Origin: a virus
Virus record (IMG/VR): IMGVR_UViG_3300014838_000017
Location: 1 to 64,000 of that record
Reading direction: 5' to 3' (one strand)
Length of the DNA stretch: 64,000 nucleotides
Shown: piece by piece, positions 47,145-56,781 of the stretch
How positions within the stretch are numbered: the first letter of the stretch is position 1
Layout of the letters: every line of letters begins with the position of its first letter
The notes under the pieces: generated by a model
The model's database searches: none
What the model saw: the letters and a program-made list of their open reading frames with translations, nothing else
Told to the model about the DNA's origin: nothing
Translations under genes and position numbers: made by a program

Positions 47145-49487
47145 ATGCCACAAGCAGACTTTCAACCTACGTGGGCATTAATAGCCCGACCAACCGGATA
47201 CTCTACTGGACCATCAGTTGGTAAATCGGAATTGTTGCTTAATGCAAATTCTACTGAATTGTATCATAGGTTCTCACCATACTCAAATTATTCTCAGAAT
47301 GGAGGGTTGCTTAATTGGGGAGATCAGCCATTTTATTATGTCTATGTTGACCAAGCCAAGAATTTTCCAAATAATCGTGCGGGACAAAGCCAAGTATTTC
47401 CGCTTCAAGATTCAATCATTGATGTTCAGAGAGTAACCAAATTTCTTGCTTCGGGAAATGGAATTACATTCATGGCTACTCAGTTGCTTCTACAAACTGG
47501 AAATGCATTTGATGAAACTCGGATATACAATCCAACATCTCCGATTGTTGCTGCTGGAATGGGATTGACTTTTAATGCGGTTCGTCCAGAACGTTTTCTT
47601 GATATATCTAGTCTTTCTGGATTGGCTACAAGTTTGTTGGGTGGGGCTGGAGCACTTCTTGCTGGTGGATCGGTGGTAAATGCCCCCGCAAGCACTACGG
47701 GAACAGGAGCATTGCCGACCCGAAACCAATCGACCGATGGTAAAGGATTGCTTCGTGGTGGTGATGCCAATAAGGGATTAGCCAATTTCAAATCTAAATG
47801 GAATCCATCGCAAGGTGGAACCAACTCATTCATGTCGGCAGTTGCTAGTATTGCATCGTCAATGTTTAGTAACTTTATTCCTTCTAGACAGACGGGGATT
47901 CAATACCGTAGCGATGAAGGTTCATATGGATTAATGTTGGCGGCTGCTTCTCCACAATTGGATTCTTTGGATTCTTCCGGAAATCCGATTGCATTTGGCC
48001 AATTATGGGTTGCGGGAGGAAAAGGAATGCGTAAGCAGGGACAATATCCTAATAAACCAACCAGACTATTTGTTCAAGTTCAAAATGGTAAAGTAATTTC
48101 AAATCTTGTAAGTGCTGCAGGAGGTTTGAGTGTATATGCTTCAGGATTGGGGACCGTTGGATATTCCATTACTCCAAGCACTAATGTTACTAAGCCTGGG
48201 TATCGCTATGGTGATTCGATGGGAACATTATTCATAAATAATAATGGATACATGGGGTCAGATATAATGTATCAATACAAATATTATATTGATCCTACAC
48301 AAGCATTCCCAACCAAAGACCCAGAATCAACCATAGCAGATTCTGTTGATAAAATGGGAGGTAATGCTGGAACCATCCAGAAAAACTTGAATAACATTCT
48401 CAAGGCTAGTGGAGGTAAGACATATACCACAGTAAACCCCGATGGAGTTATTTTAAGAACCCCGTCGGTTAATTACAATTATGATCGTCTGTCGTCTAAG
48501 TCGAAGTCCACGCCTATAAATCAATATATTCTCGGGTCTTTGTCCTCATATAGAAATTCAGGGGTGCGAATGGTTAGTGATGATTTAGTTTCTAATGTGA
48601 ATCAATCGATGGGACTCCCAACGTCATTCAAATCGGATAGAATAAATACATTTAATGTGTTGGATAGTTCGGCTAAGGGTACTACGTGGAACCCATTTAG
48701 TGATGATTTGGTAGCATTGTATTTTTACGATGTTGTAAATGACAAATATATTCCGTTCCGTGCAATTATTAGTGGTATTGGGGAAAGCGGAAATGCATCG
48801 TGGGATGAAATGGCATTTATTGGGAGGGCCGATAAAGTTTATTCATATGGAGGATTCAATCGCAATTTTAATTTTACGATTAACATTGTCATTAACAGTA
48901 TTGCGGAACTAGCTCCAACTTGGCAGAGAATTAACTACATGATGACTGCATATAAGCCTGCTAATTATACCCGAAAGGCAAGTTCTACGGGCGGTGATTT
49001 GGTATATGACCGATTTATGGTACCACCAATGTTTATGTTTACGTTGGGAGACTTATATCGTGACCAACCTATACTTATTCAATCTGTGGCTATGACTATT
49101 CCTGATGGTGCGTCGTGGGAGACTTTAAATCAAGAGAATCAAGGAAGCACATGGGCATACATGGCTAATACGATTAAAGCTTCGGGAGCAAAGTTCGGTC
49201 AAGTTCCAAGAGAAATACAACTTGCGTTTACTATGATTTTTCTTGAGAAGGAACGTGCGGTTGTTGGTGGAGCAAATTTTGGTCATGCACCTAGAACGGA
49301 GGACTTTAACAACTTCAACTACGACACCGCAGTGCCAGAGACGTTTAACGCATGGAACGTAAACTATGTAGTTAATATTCCAAACTTGACTACACAGGAT
49401 ACTAAAAAAACCTTGGCAAATGGGTTTCAAACACCATCGGGAGCATCTGTAATAAATCAAGCAATCGTTCCTACTAATTTGTTCTAA
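47145..49487 (+). CDS. Baseplate / tail-tube initiator-like protein
   Basis: C-terminal IPFRA.ISGI.E...A.W....FIGRADKVYSY.GF.R...F and PP....TLGDLY motifs. Follows the tape measure gene. Confidence 0.65.
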   Translation: MPQADFQPTWALIARPTGYSTGPSVGKSELLLNANSTELYHRFSPYSNYSQNGGLLNWGDQPFYYVYVDQAKNFPNNRAGQSQVFPLQDSIIDVQRVTKFLASGNGITFMATQLLLQTGNAFDETRIYNPTSPIVAAGMGLTFNAVRPERFLDISSLSGLATSLLGGAGALLAGGSVVNAPASTTGTGALPTRNQSTDGKGLLRGGDANKGLANFKSKWNPSQGGTNSFMSAVASIASSMFSNFIPSRQTGIQYRSDEGSYGLMLAAASPQLDSLDSSGNPIAFGQLWVAGGKGMRKQGQYPNKPTRLFVQVQNGKVISNLVSAAGGLSVYASGLGTVGYSITPSTNVTKPGYRYGDSMGTLFINNNGYMGSDIMYQYKYYIDPTQAFPTKDPESTIADSVDKMGGNAGTIQKNLNNILKASGGKTYTTVNPDGVILRTPSVNYNYDRLSSKSKSTPINQYILGSLSSYRNSGVRMVSDDLVSNVNQSMGLPTSFKSDRINTFNVLDSSAKGTTWNPFSDDLVALYFYDVVNDKYIPFRAIISGIGESGNASWDEMAFIGRADKVYSYGGFNRNFNFTINIVINSIAELAPTWQRINYMMTAYKPANYTRKASSTGGDLVYDRFMVPPMFMFTLGDLYRDQPILIQSVAMTIPDGASWETLNQENQGSTWAYMANTIKASGAKFGQVPREIQLAFTMIFLEKERAVVGGANFGHAPRTEDFNNFNYDTAVPETFNAWNVNYVVNIPNLTTQDTKKTLANGFQTPSGASVINQAIVPTNLF

Positions 49488-49491
49488 TATT

Positions 49492-49788
49492 ATGCGATAT
49501 GATAGCACGCCAATTCAAAACCGATGGGATGGAAAGAGAGTTTATAAGACAACCCAATATCCACCCATCCCTGTTCAAGCAACGGATGTTCAAGTCATAA
49601 CGAATACGGAAGATTATCTCGATTCGTTGGCGTTGAAGTATTATGACGATCCATCTTTGTATTGGATTATTGCTCACGCAAATAATTTAGGTAAGGGTCG
49701 GTTGAGTGTTCCACCGGGCATCATCATACGTATTCCTGTGGATATAAGCACTATCCAATCCAAATTTAATCAACTCAACTCACAATAA
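49492..49788 (+). CDS. Baseplate wedge LysM-like protein (gp53/gpX-like)
   Basis: D.LDSLA.KYY.DPSLYWIIA.AN......L.VPPG..IRIP. Confidence 0.8.
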   Translation: MRYDSTPIQNRWDGKRVYKTTQYPPIPVQATDVQVITNTEDYLDSLALKYYDDPSLYWIIAHANNLGKGRLSVPPGIIIRIPVDISTIQSKFNQLNSQ

Positions 49789-49829
49789 TTCCGTCGTTTT
49801 ATGTTCCGATGATATATGTATAATGTGTT

Positions 49830-49976
49830 ATGGGACGAAAAGCATTACATAGAACCGAATATGAACTCCGAGAACAAAAACGAATCCGTGATAAACGTTA
49901 TTACCAACGACACCACTATGACATTCTCGAAAGAAGAATGCGAAGATACTGGAAATTGGACAAAAAATTGTCCTAA
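49830..49976 (+). CDS. 48-aa basic 'MGRK' micro-protein
   Basis: MGRKALHRTEYELREQKRIRDKRYYQRHHYDILERRMRRYWKLDKKLS*. TATGTATA at 49815-49822. Confidence 0.65.
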   Translation: MGRKALHRTEYELREQKRIRDKRYYQRHHYDILERRMRRYWKLDKKLS

Positions 49977-50682
49977 ATGTGGGATGAAACAGGTATATTC
50001 TTCGTGGGATTCATTAAGATTCGCTATTCGGAAACATACCATATGTAATAAATGCCGTGCAAATAAACTAAAAACACGCCCCACCTCTGACAAATGGAAA
50101 CGAATATGTCCCGCTTGTCAAAAAGAAATTTTGTATAAGTCTGTCAAAAGTTATTTGCTTTGTGTTAGAACTAAGACAAAATGTCGGAAATGTGGTAGTG
50201 CAGAAATAGTAAAACATAGGGATACATCATTTTTTAAAACACAAGAATATCGGAAAAAAATGAGTGAAATTTTAAAAGTTAAACGTAAAACGAATAGCTA
50301 TGGAGATAGTTTTAAGAAAAAATGTCGTATAAATAGAGCGAAAAGTGCATTGTTGGGAGTTCAAAACAAGCCAAATTATAATAAAAATGCGTGTTTATTT
50401 ATTGATGCTATAAATAAGAAATTCGGGTGGAATTTGCAACATGCTGAAAGTGGGGGGGAGAAGGTCGTGGAAGGATTTTTTCTGGATGGGTATGATGATG
50501 GAAGGAATATTGTTTTTGAGTATGATGAGCCTAAACATAATACATTGTCGCATGAAAAACGAGACCGAATAAAAGAAAAAGTAGTGATAAAGAAAATAAG
50601 TCCTTGGAAATTTATTCGATTTAGTGAAAAATACAATAAATTGTATGATATTATAAACGGGGAGGAAATTATATGGCAGTAA
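49861..50682 (+). mobile_element. Homing endonuclease with Zn-ribbon repeats and PD-(D/E)xK (Vsr/EDxHD-like) domain
   Basis: Two W.R.CP.C...Y...C..C repeats and QHAESGGE....FFLDGYD...NIVFEYDE..H......D..K. Start is uncertain. Confidence 0.7.
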
Positions 50683-53156
50683 CAAATAATTCTCCAAATC
50701 CTGGTAGTGGAGGAGACCCATCGGTAGTTATACCTTGGGAGCCGTGCAACTTCCCAATAGCTTTGCAAGATGAATTAAATCGTCGTAAAAAGAATCGAAG
50801 TCTTCGTTATGTTCAATCCACGCAAGGAAACTGGGATAGTCAAAATGGTGATTGGTCAAAATATCGGGGTCCGATGGTTCCGTGGGTTCGTCTGTGTTCA
50901 AATAGCAAAGGAAAACGAGGAACGACTGGTAAAGAAGGGTTCGTTCTGTTTGGTGGTAAAGGATTCTACACGGATTATGGATTCACTGCCGCAAAAAATA
51001 ACCCATCGGTTATTGGATATGTTCCCAATGGACAGAATGCTACGCATACTATTGATAATGATATTAATGAACAGTATCCCATTCACGTTCCCGCTCCTGA
51101 GATTGAAAAGATTAGTGTAAGCATTCAGAAGGAACTCTATCGTCGGGTTGAAATCGAGTGGGTGTGTTTTTCTAAAAAGCAGTTGGAATACATGACCCCA
51201 TACTTCCTAGTTCCGGGAATATCAGCAATTATGGAGTGGGGATGGAATCATTACAATCCAGTGTCATTGATAGATTTGTCTGACACGGGGACACTGCAAG
51301 ATTACTTCAATAACCCATATTCTCTCTACACCAATAACATCATTAAGTCTAGAGGAAATTATGATGTTATTTTTGGAATTGTGACAAACTTTGGATGGAC
51401 GGTTGACGGAAACAAGTTCCGATGCAAAACCGAAATCACTTCCAAAGATCGTATCTATTCTGGGTTAATCGTGGATTCTACGGTTACAGAGAAATCATCA
51501 ACTGGTGAGGACGCCGAGACTAAGGATAAGCCGTTTGACAGTCTGACTCAATTCATTGATAAGTCACTCGACCTGTTTCGTAATGTAGTCACTCAAACAC
51601 CAGATTCTATATCGGACCTTTCGGCTTTATGTTCGTATATTCGAGCGGCACACCCAACTAATGCAAACGAATATTTGTATGGTGTATTTACGGGTCGAGA
51701 CCCGAAGGATTTAAAGAACAAATTTGCGAAGGGTGCCAACACAAATTATGATTTTGATTGTTTGAATAAGAACTCGGAATTATGGGTTAACCTTGGACTT
51801 GTCATTGAAGTATTAAACTTCCACGCAAAGTTGAAAGCTACCAAGGGAAAAGAAATGTTTCGAGTAGATATTGATGACGTGGTTGTTAGTGCCCACCCCA
51901 ATATGATTTCAAGTGATGGGTCCATTTGTTTGATTCCAAATTGGGAATCTCCACATTATTTCTATGGAAAATATGGCATTCGTGAGGCTATACATAATGA
52001 TAAGTCGGGTATTGGGCTTCCTCTTAATCCTCCATCGAGCACTAATGGGCCTATTTCGTTTCCATCAAAACATGCAGACGCAATAAAATCTAAGCAGGCA
52101 GCAGATTGGAGATTAGGTAGAATATGTGGACAATTTAATAAAGCGTATAGGGATGATATTGACCAAATTATTAATGCGGTTCGTTATGAAAATGGCGTCC
52201 CGGCGGGAACTTGCTGCTTTCCATTCAAGAAACCTACCCAAGGACTAAATAACAATCCATATCCCCCCCATTTCTCTGGATATTTGAGAAATATTTATGT
52301 GAGCGTGTCTTACTTGAAAGCATTGTTGGATAATAGCTCGGATATTACAACGTATCTTCAACTCGTTGAGAAATTAGCATCTGATATTAATGGCGCATGT
52401 GGAACATTTTGGGACTTGAGATTGGTAAGTGCTCCCGGCGATGCGAAAATATCCAATACAGATGCTGCCCCCATGAAACTTGTAGACTACAAGTTCATGT
52501 ACTTTTCCAATCGTGGAAAAGTATGGTCGTTTGATTATTTTGATGCTGACAGTTTGTTGCAGGGTATTGGATTCAACCCGACATTGAGCAATGCTCAAGC
52601 AATTCGAACCATTTATTCCCCAACGAACAATGTTGATAAGAATATAGTCATAACGAATGGTGACAATGAACTTCTTGACTATGGTGCTGAAGATAGGTTA
52701 AACTTGGGACAAAATGTGGGAAATACGTCATCGTCAACTTCGACTGAAGACACCAGTGGGTTTGACGACACGATGCGGGCATTACAACAAATCGAACCTC
52801 CGACTGATGGGTCGTACCAAATAACATCGAATGGAACCGTTTATCGTCTTGCGCTTCCCGCCAGTGATATTCAGAAACTTTTACTTGATGATAGCGATGA
52901 GGATAACAATCCTAAATACACTGGAATCATGCCGGGTATTCAGGCGACATTTACCGTTCAAGGTATTGGAGGTCTTCGAACTTTCATGATGTTTTTGTGC
53001 AAAAACTTGGCCGATCCATATTCCGAGAATAATATTGTGTTTAGAATTGTTAATGTTGAGGAAAATATTGAGCCGGGAAAATGGACCACCACGATAACGG
53101 CGGGCGTTATTCCTCTGCGTGGATTTATAAAATCACGCCTTGGAATCTCGCCTTAA
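50673..53156 (+). CDS. Baseplate hub-like protein
   Basis: PWVRL.S, V.W.CFS..QLE....YFL.PG.S..MEWGW, S.GNYD...G.V.NF.W, TVQGIGG, F.I.NV...I..G.WTTTI. Baseplate context. Confidence 0.65.
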   Translation: MAVTNNSPNPGSGGDPSVVIPWEPCNFPIALQDELNRRKKNRSLRYVQSTQGNWDSQNGDWSKYRGPMVPWVRLCSNSKGKRGTTGKEGFVLFGGKGFYTDYGFTAAKNNPSVIGYVPNGQNATHTIDNDINEQYPIHVPAPEIEKISVSIQKELYRRVEIEWVCFSKKQLEYMTPYFLVPGISAIMEWGWNHYNPVSLIDLSDTGTLQDYFNNPYSLYTNNIIKSRGNYDVIFGIVTNFGWTVDGNKFRCKTEITSKDRIYSGLIVDSTVTEKSSTGEDAETKDKPFDSLTQFIDKSLDLFRNVVTQTPDSISDLSALCSYIRAAHPTNANEYLYGVFTGRDPKDLKNKFAKGANTNYDFDCLNKNSELWVNLGLVIEVLNFHAKLKATKGKEMFRVDIDDVVVSAHPNMISSDGSICLIPNWESPHYFYGKYGIREAIHNDKSGIGLPLNPPSSTNGPISFPSKHADAIKSKQAADWRLGRICGQFNKAYRDDIDQIINAVRYENGVPAGTCCFPFKKPTQGLNNNPYPPHFSGYLRNIYVSVSYLKALLDNSSDITTYLQLVEKLASDINGACGTFWDLRLVSAPGDAKISNTDAAPMKLVDYKFMYFSNRGKVWSFDYFDADSLLQGIGFNPTLSNAQAIRTIYSPTNNVDKNIVITNGDNELLDYGAEDRLNLGQNVGNTSSSTSTEDTSGFDDTMRALQQIEPPTDGSYQITSNGTVYRLALPASDIQKLLLDDSDEDNNPKYTGIMPGIQATFTVQGIGGLRTFMMFLCKNLADPYSENNIVFRIVNVEENIEPGKWTTTITAGVIPLRGFIKSRLGISP

Positions 53157-53159
53157 ATC

Positions 53160-53188
53160 TTGACTTCGGGATGGGGTAGTGATATTAT
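53160..53188 (+). promoter_or_regulatory. Sigma70-like promoter for the polymerase gene
   Basis: TTGACT-N17-TATTAT, 9 nt before the ATG. Confidence 0.65.
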
Positions 53189-53197
53189 GAGTGGTTG

Positions 53198-54544
53198 ATG
53201 ATCGAAACACCCACAGACCTCATACGCTTTCAACTTGAAAATCAAGTTGGAGATTGGATTGTTCACGTCGTTCCCGTAGCAGATATTCATCCTGTCATTT
53301 CCACTTCAAGTCTTCTATTCATCCGAAACATTCTAACGGGTAAAACATATTACTATTCTTTTAATCATCCCGATTCCAAACCTTGTAATTTGTTATTCGA
53401 TGAAATAATTCGCAAATCTTCCAACCGAAAATGGGCACTCGATAAAAAGGCATTTGACCAAATGTTTCGAGGAGTTTCAAACACACTTGATGCCAATGCG
53501 TTGGCGTGGATGTGTGGGGAGGATGTCCTCGAACTGTCAGAATATGATACTCCTGCCCATTATCTTATTCGTAAAAATGCGGCGGGACATGAGCGATTAA
53601 ATCTTGTCATTCCGTTGATGAAGCACAAGGAAATGTTTGATGATTTGGCAAATGATTTGAGTGAACTCATAAAAGATTTTTCTCCGGATTCTACATTTAC
53701 TCGGTTTAATGATCTTATTATAGGGACGTTGGGAGATTTGGAAACACAGGGAATTTCTGTGGACCCGACTCTTTTTAGAGAACGATATAAACAAGAACCT
53801 GAGATCAATAACATGGTGCATAGTCAATATAATGTCTATACATCTACAGGAAGACCAAGCAACAGTTTTAATGGCGTAAACTATGCGGCACTGAATCAGA
53901 GTGATGGCACTAGAAAATGTTTTCGTTCTAGGTATGGGGCTGATGGTTGTATGGCAGTTCTCGACTATACGAGTTTTCATCCACGTATAGTTAGCCACAT
54001 GGTTAAACACGAGGTTCCACTCGATGTTGACATTTATGCCTATCTCGCCAAACTTTACTTCCATAAGAAAGATGTGGATGAGACAGATGTTAAAAATTCT
54101 AAATCGTTGACATTCAGACAGTTTTATGGAGGTATTGAAGATAAGTATTTGCACATAAAATACTTGGCTAACATTAAGAGTTTTACTGAAGAACAATGGG
54201 AGTTATTTAACACCCGAGGATATGTTGAAACACCGTTCTTTAAGCGTAGGATCACGTCCAAGCACATTTCAGAGCCTAATCCTCCCAAAGTATTCAATTA
54301 CATTCTTCAAGCCACAGAGGGCGAACTAAGCATTCCAAAGGTAAAGTCTGTGCTTGCTCATTTGGTAGGCAAACAGACAAAAGCGGTGCTTTACACTTAC
54401 GATGCTATTCTCTATGACTTTTACAAGCCCGAGGGAATGAAGTTGCTTCGTGAATTGAAGAGTATAATGAGTTTTGATGGACGCTTTCCAATGAAGGCTT
54501 ACATAGGTGAAACCTATAATGATATGAAGCTTATCACGTTATAG
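53198..54544 (+). CDS. Short, divergent family A DNA polymerase
   Basis: STGRPS...NYAALN, motif A DYTSFHPR, motif B K...FRQFYGG, NY.LQATE, motif C YTYDAILYD. Confidence 0.75.
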   Translation: MIETPTDLIRFQLENQVGDWIVHVVPVADIHPVISTSSLLFIRNILTGKTYYYSFNHPDSKPCNLLFDEIIRKSSNRKWALDKKAFDQMFRGVSNTLDANALAWMCGEDVLELSEYDTPAHYLIRKNAAGHERLNLVIPLMKHKEMFDDLANDLSELIKDFSPDSTFTRFNDLIIGTLGDLETQGISVDPTLFRERYKQEPEINNMVHSQYNVYTSTGRPSNSFNGVNYAALNQSDGTRKCFRSRYGADGCMAVLDYTSFHPRIVSHMVKHEVPLDVDIYAYLAKLYFHKKDVDETDVKNSKSLTFRQFYGGIEDKYLHIKYLANIKSFTEEQWELFNTRGYVETPFFKRRITSKHISEPNPPKVFNYILQATEGELSIPKVKSVLAHLVGKQTKAVLYTYDAILYDFYKPEGMKLLRELKSIMSFDGRFPMKAYIGETYNDMKLITL

Positions 54545-54659
54545 TTGGGTAAATATTAACGGGCAATCCGTTTACATATCAGGTCTTTTACCCATATGGT
54601 ATAACATCGAAATATATTAATAGATTAGACCATTAAATGTATATTTATACGTGAACGTT

Positions 54660-55475
54660 ATGACACGTATATCTGACCGCATATTCAACGAAGTTTGCCT
54701 CGACGAGAGAATTACAGATGGCATTTTCAAGATGGACAACGCAACTCACATGGATGCGTTAAGGGACTATTTTGTTAAACGAGGTATTACTAAAGAAGCG
54801 GCAGTTCATGTAACTAATCGAATGGTTGAAGGTAAATATCCTGAACGTCAGGCTTATAATAGAGATGGTATTCTCGTCACCTTTCCAACTCCTCAACATA
54901 AGTCCAAGGCAATTGCTCGTGGGACTCATTTTGAAAAGAATCCAATCCCACAGGCTCAACAACCACAGGTCGAAGAGCCAGAACCAAAACAAGCTCCTCC
55001 CGGTTCTAATCCAGAACCCGGTGAACGTCCAAATGATGACGCTGATAAAGAGGAGGACACCAATGATGAAGAAGATGACGATATAGGCGGTGGGAGCGGT
55101 GGTGGTCACGGAGGCGGAGGTGGAAGTGGTGGCGGTGAAGGATCGGTTTTCCAAGGTGATAAACAATTGGAAGTAGAACCTCCTCGTGGTCAAGATGCGC
55201 CTGAACCTCCTCCAGCCCCAGCACAGCCAGAAGTGCCTCCTCTCCCAAGAACACCCGAGAGAGTTGCAGCAGAGAAAGAAATAGTCAAACAAATTTTGAG
55301 CACCGATGATACTACCCTATCCAACATCGGTGGACCCATTAAAGTGAACGAACTCACGGAATCCGAATTGAATGAGTATCTAAAGCGTCATCAACTTCGT
55401 GAGTTGTATAAAAGAGCAGACGAGTGGGGATTTAGGGAAGCTATTAAATTTTTAACTCCGTACGTGAAGCCTTAA
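54660..55475 (+). CDS. Hypothetical protein with acidic/Gly/Pro linker
   Basis: TATTTATA at 54642-54649. MVE/LTE motifs. Confidence 0.6.
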   Translation: MTRISDRIFNEVCLDERITDGIFKMDNATHMDALRDYFVKRGITKEAAVHVTNRMVEGKYPERQAYNRDGILVTFPTPQHKSKAIARGTHFEKNPIPQAQQPQVEEPEPKQAPPGSNPEPGERPNDDADKEEDTNDEEDDDIGGGSGGGHGGGGGSGGGEGSVFQGDKQLEVEPPRGQDAPEPPPAPAQPEVPPLPRTPERVAAEKEIVKQILSTDDTTLSNIGGPIKVNELTESELNEYLKRHQLRELYKRADEWGFREAIKFLTPYVKP

Positions 55476-55482
55476 ACACATT

Positions 55483-55881
55483 ATGATCGACCATGATACC
55501 AGACAACTATTATGCACATTTTCTACAGCTAAAGATTTTAGAACCGATGCCGACGAAATCCGAAAGTTTTATGAAGTGTATAGCAATCGAGTATTTGCAT
55601 TTGTCAATACACAAAATCAAAAAGAGATGTATTTGACCTACAACGTGTTGAATATGCGAAAGGATGCGCCTAAATTTTCAAACACTATTCTTATCCATAG
55701 AAAAAAGCAGACGAATACGCTCTATACGCTCAATGCAATGAACCGTCTCATCGAAGAAGAAAACGGCCACGCCGACAAGAGTTTCATCATTAATTGGAAG
55801 CTCTATGAGAACAGTCTTATAATAACTGGGGATGTTTTTATACGTATAATTCCTTTGAAAATCGTGTCTGTAATTGAGTGA
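55483..55881 (+). CDS. Hypothetical phage protein
   Basis: 132 aa ORF (QLLCTF...IHRKKQTNTLYTLNAMN). Confidence 0.65.
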   Translation: MIDHDTRQLLCTFSTAKDFRTDADEIRKFYEVYSNRVFAFVNTQNQKEMYLTYNVLNMRKDAPKFSNTILIHRKKQTNTLYTLNAMNRLIEEENGHADKSFIINWKLYENSLIITGDVFIRIIPLKIVSVIE

Positions 55882-55947
55882 ATTAAAATAAATAAAAGTT
55901 ATTAAAATAAATAGTTTTAATCTTCTCATGTGCTATGTATATGGCAT

Positions 55948-56226
55948 ATGAAAACCTCCAAAAATGAAAAACGAGTTGTAAACCTTCCAAAGCACGATTT
56001 TGATGCTATTCGGTCATATTGTGATAAACGTTCCTTAAACATGCCCAAATGGCTCGCCCAAATTGGGATGGATAGAATAACCCGTGATGATGTGAAACGA
56101 GAGATAGAGTTTGCTATTGGCGAAGCATCTATGTGTTGGAGCACTGTTCCGACAGGTGTGTTCAATTCCACCAAATCTTCCGAAATTTCCGAACGTCTTT
56201 ATAGCGTAATAAAGAAGATGGTATGA
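55948..56226 (+). CDS. Small protein, possible ribbon-helix-helix DNA-binding N-terminus
   Basis: RVVNLPKHDFDAIRSYCDKRSLNMPKWL pattern. TATGTATA at 55934-55941. Confidence 0.5.
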   Translation: MKTSKNEKRVVNLPKHDFDAIRSYCDKRSLNMPKWLAQIGMDRITRDDVKREIEFAIGEASMCWSTVPTGVFNSTKSSEISERLYSVIKKMV

Positions 56227-56627
56227 CTGCTGAAGAAATCCGTGGGCGTAATCGAGCGTATTATCTTAAGAACAAAGATAAATTCAGAGAGCGAAATGCG
56301 ATAAGTTATATTAAGAACAAAGATAAATATAAGGGTGTGTATAATAGCCGTAAGAAGGGATATATGGCTAATTTTCATTTGAAAAGAAAATATGGGATTG
56401 ATGAAAACACCTATAATGAATTGTTCTCGTTGCAATATGGTCGTTGTGCTATTTGTGGAAAATCATCATCGAAATATAAACGAAAAATGGCGGTTGACCA
56501 TGACCATGTTACTGGTAAAAATCGAGGACTGTTGTGTGTAAAATGTAATAGTGGATTGGGATGTTTCGAGGAAAATCCATTGTTTTTCGACAGTGCTAAA
56601 AAATATATGGCTAAATATTCCCAATAA
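56223..56627 (+). mobile_element. Endonuclease VII-family (His-Me) endonuclease
   Basis: KYGI....Y..L...Q.GRCAICG...AVDHDH.TG..RGLLC..CN.GLG.F. Confidence 0.85.
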
Positions 56628-56781
56628 TAATGGGCATATACGATTTTTGATTATAATAAGTTGTTAAAAATGACGTTTTTTGATATTCTTTGTTATGTAT
56701 AAAGGTAATAGTTGAGACTTAATCTTCCGATTAACGATTAACCAATTATCTAATTAAACTAATTAAAAAAAAGAAAAACAT

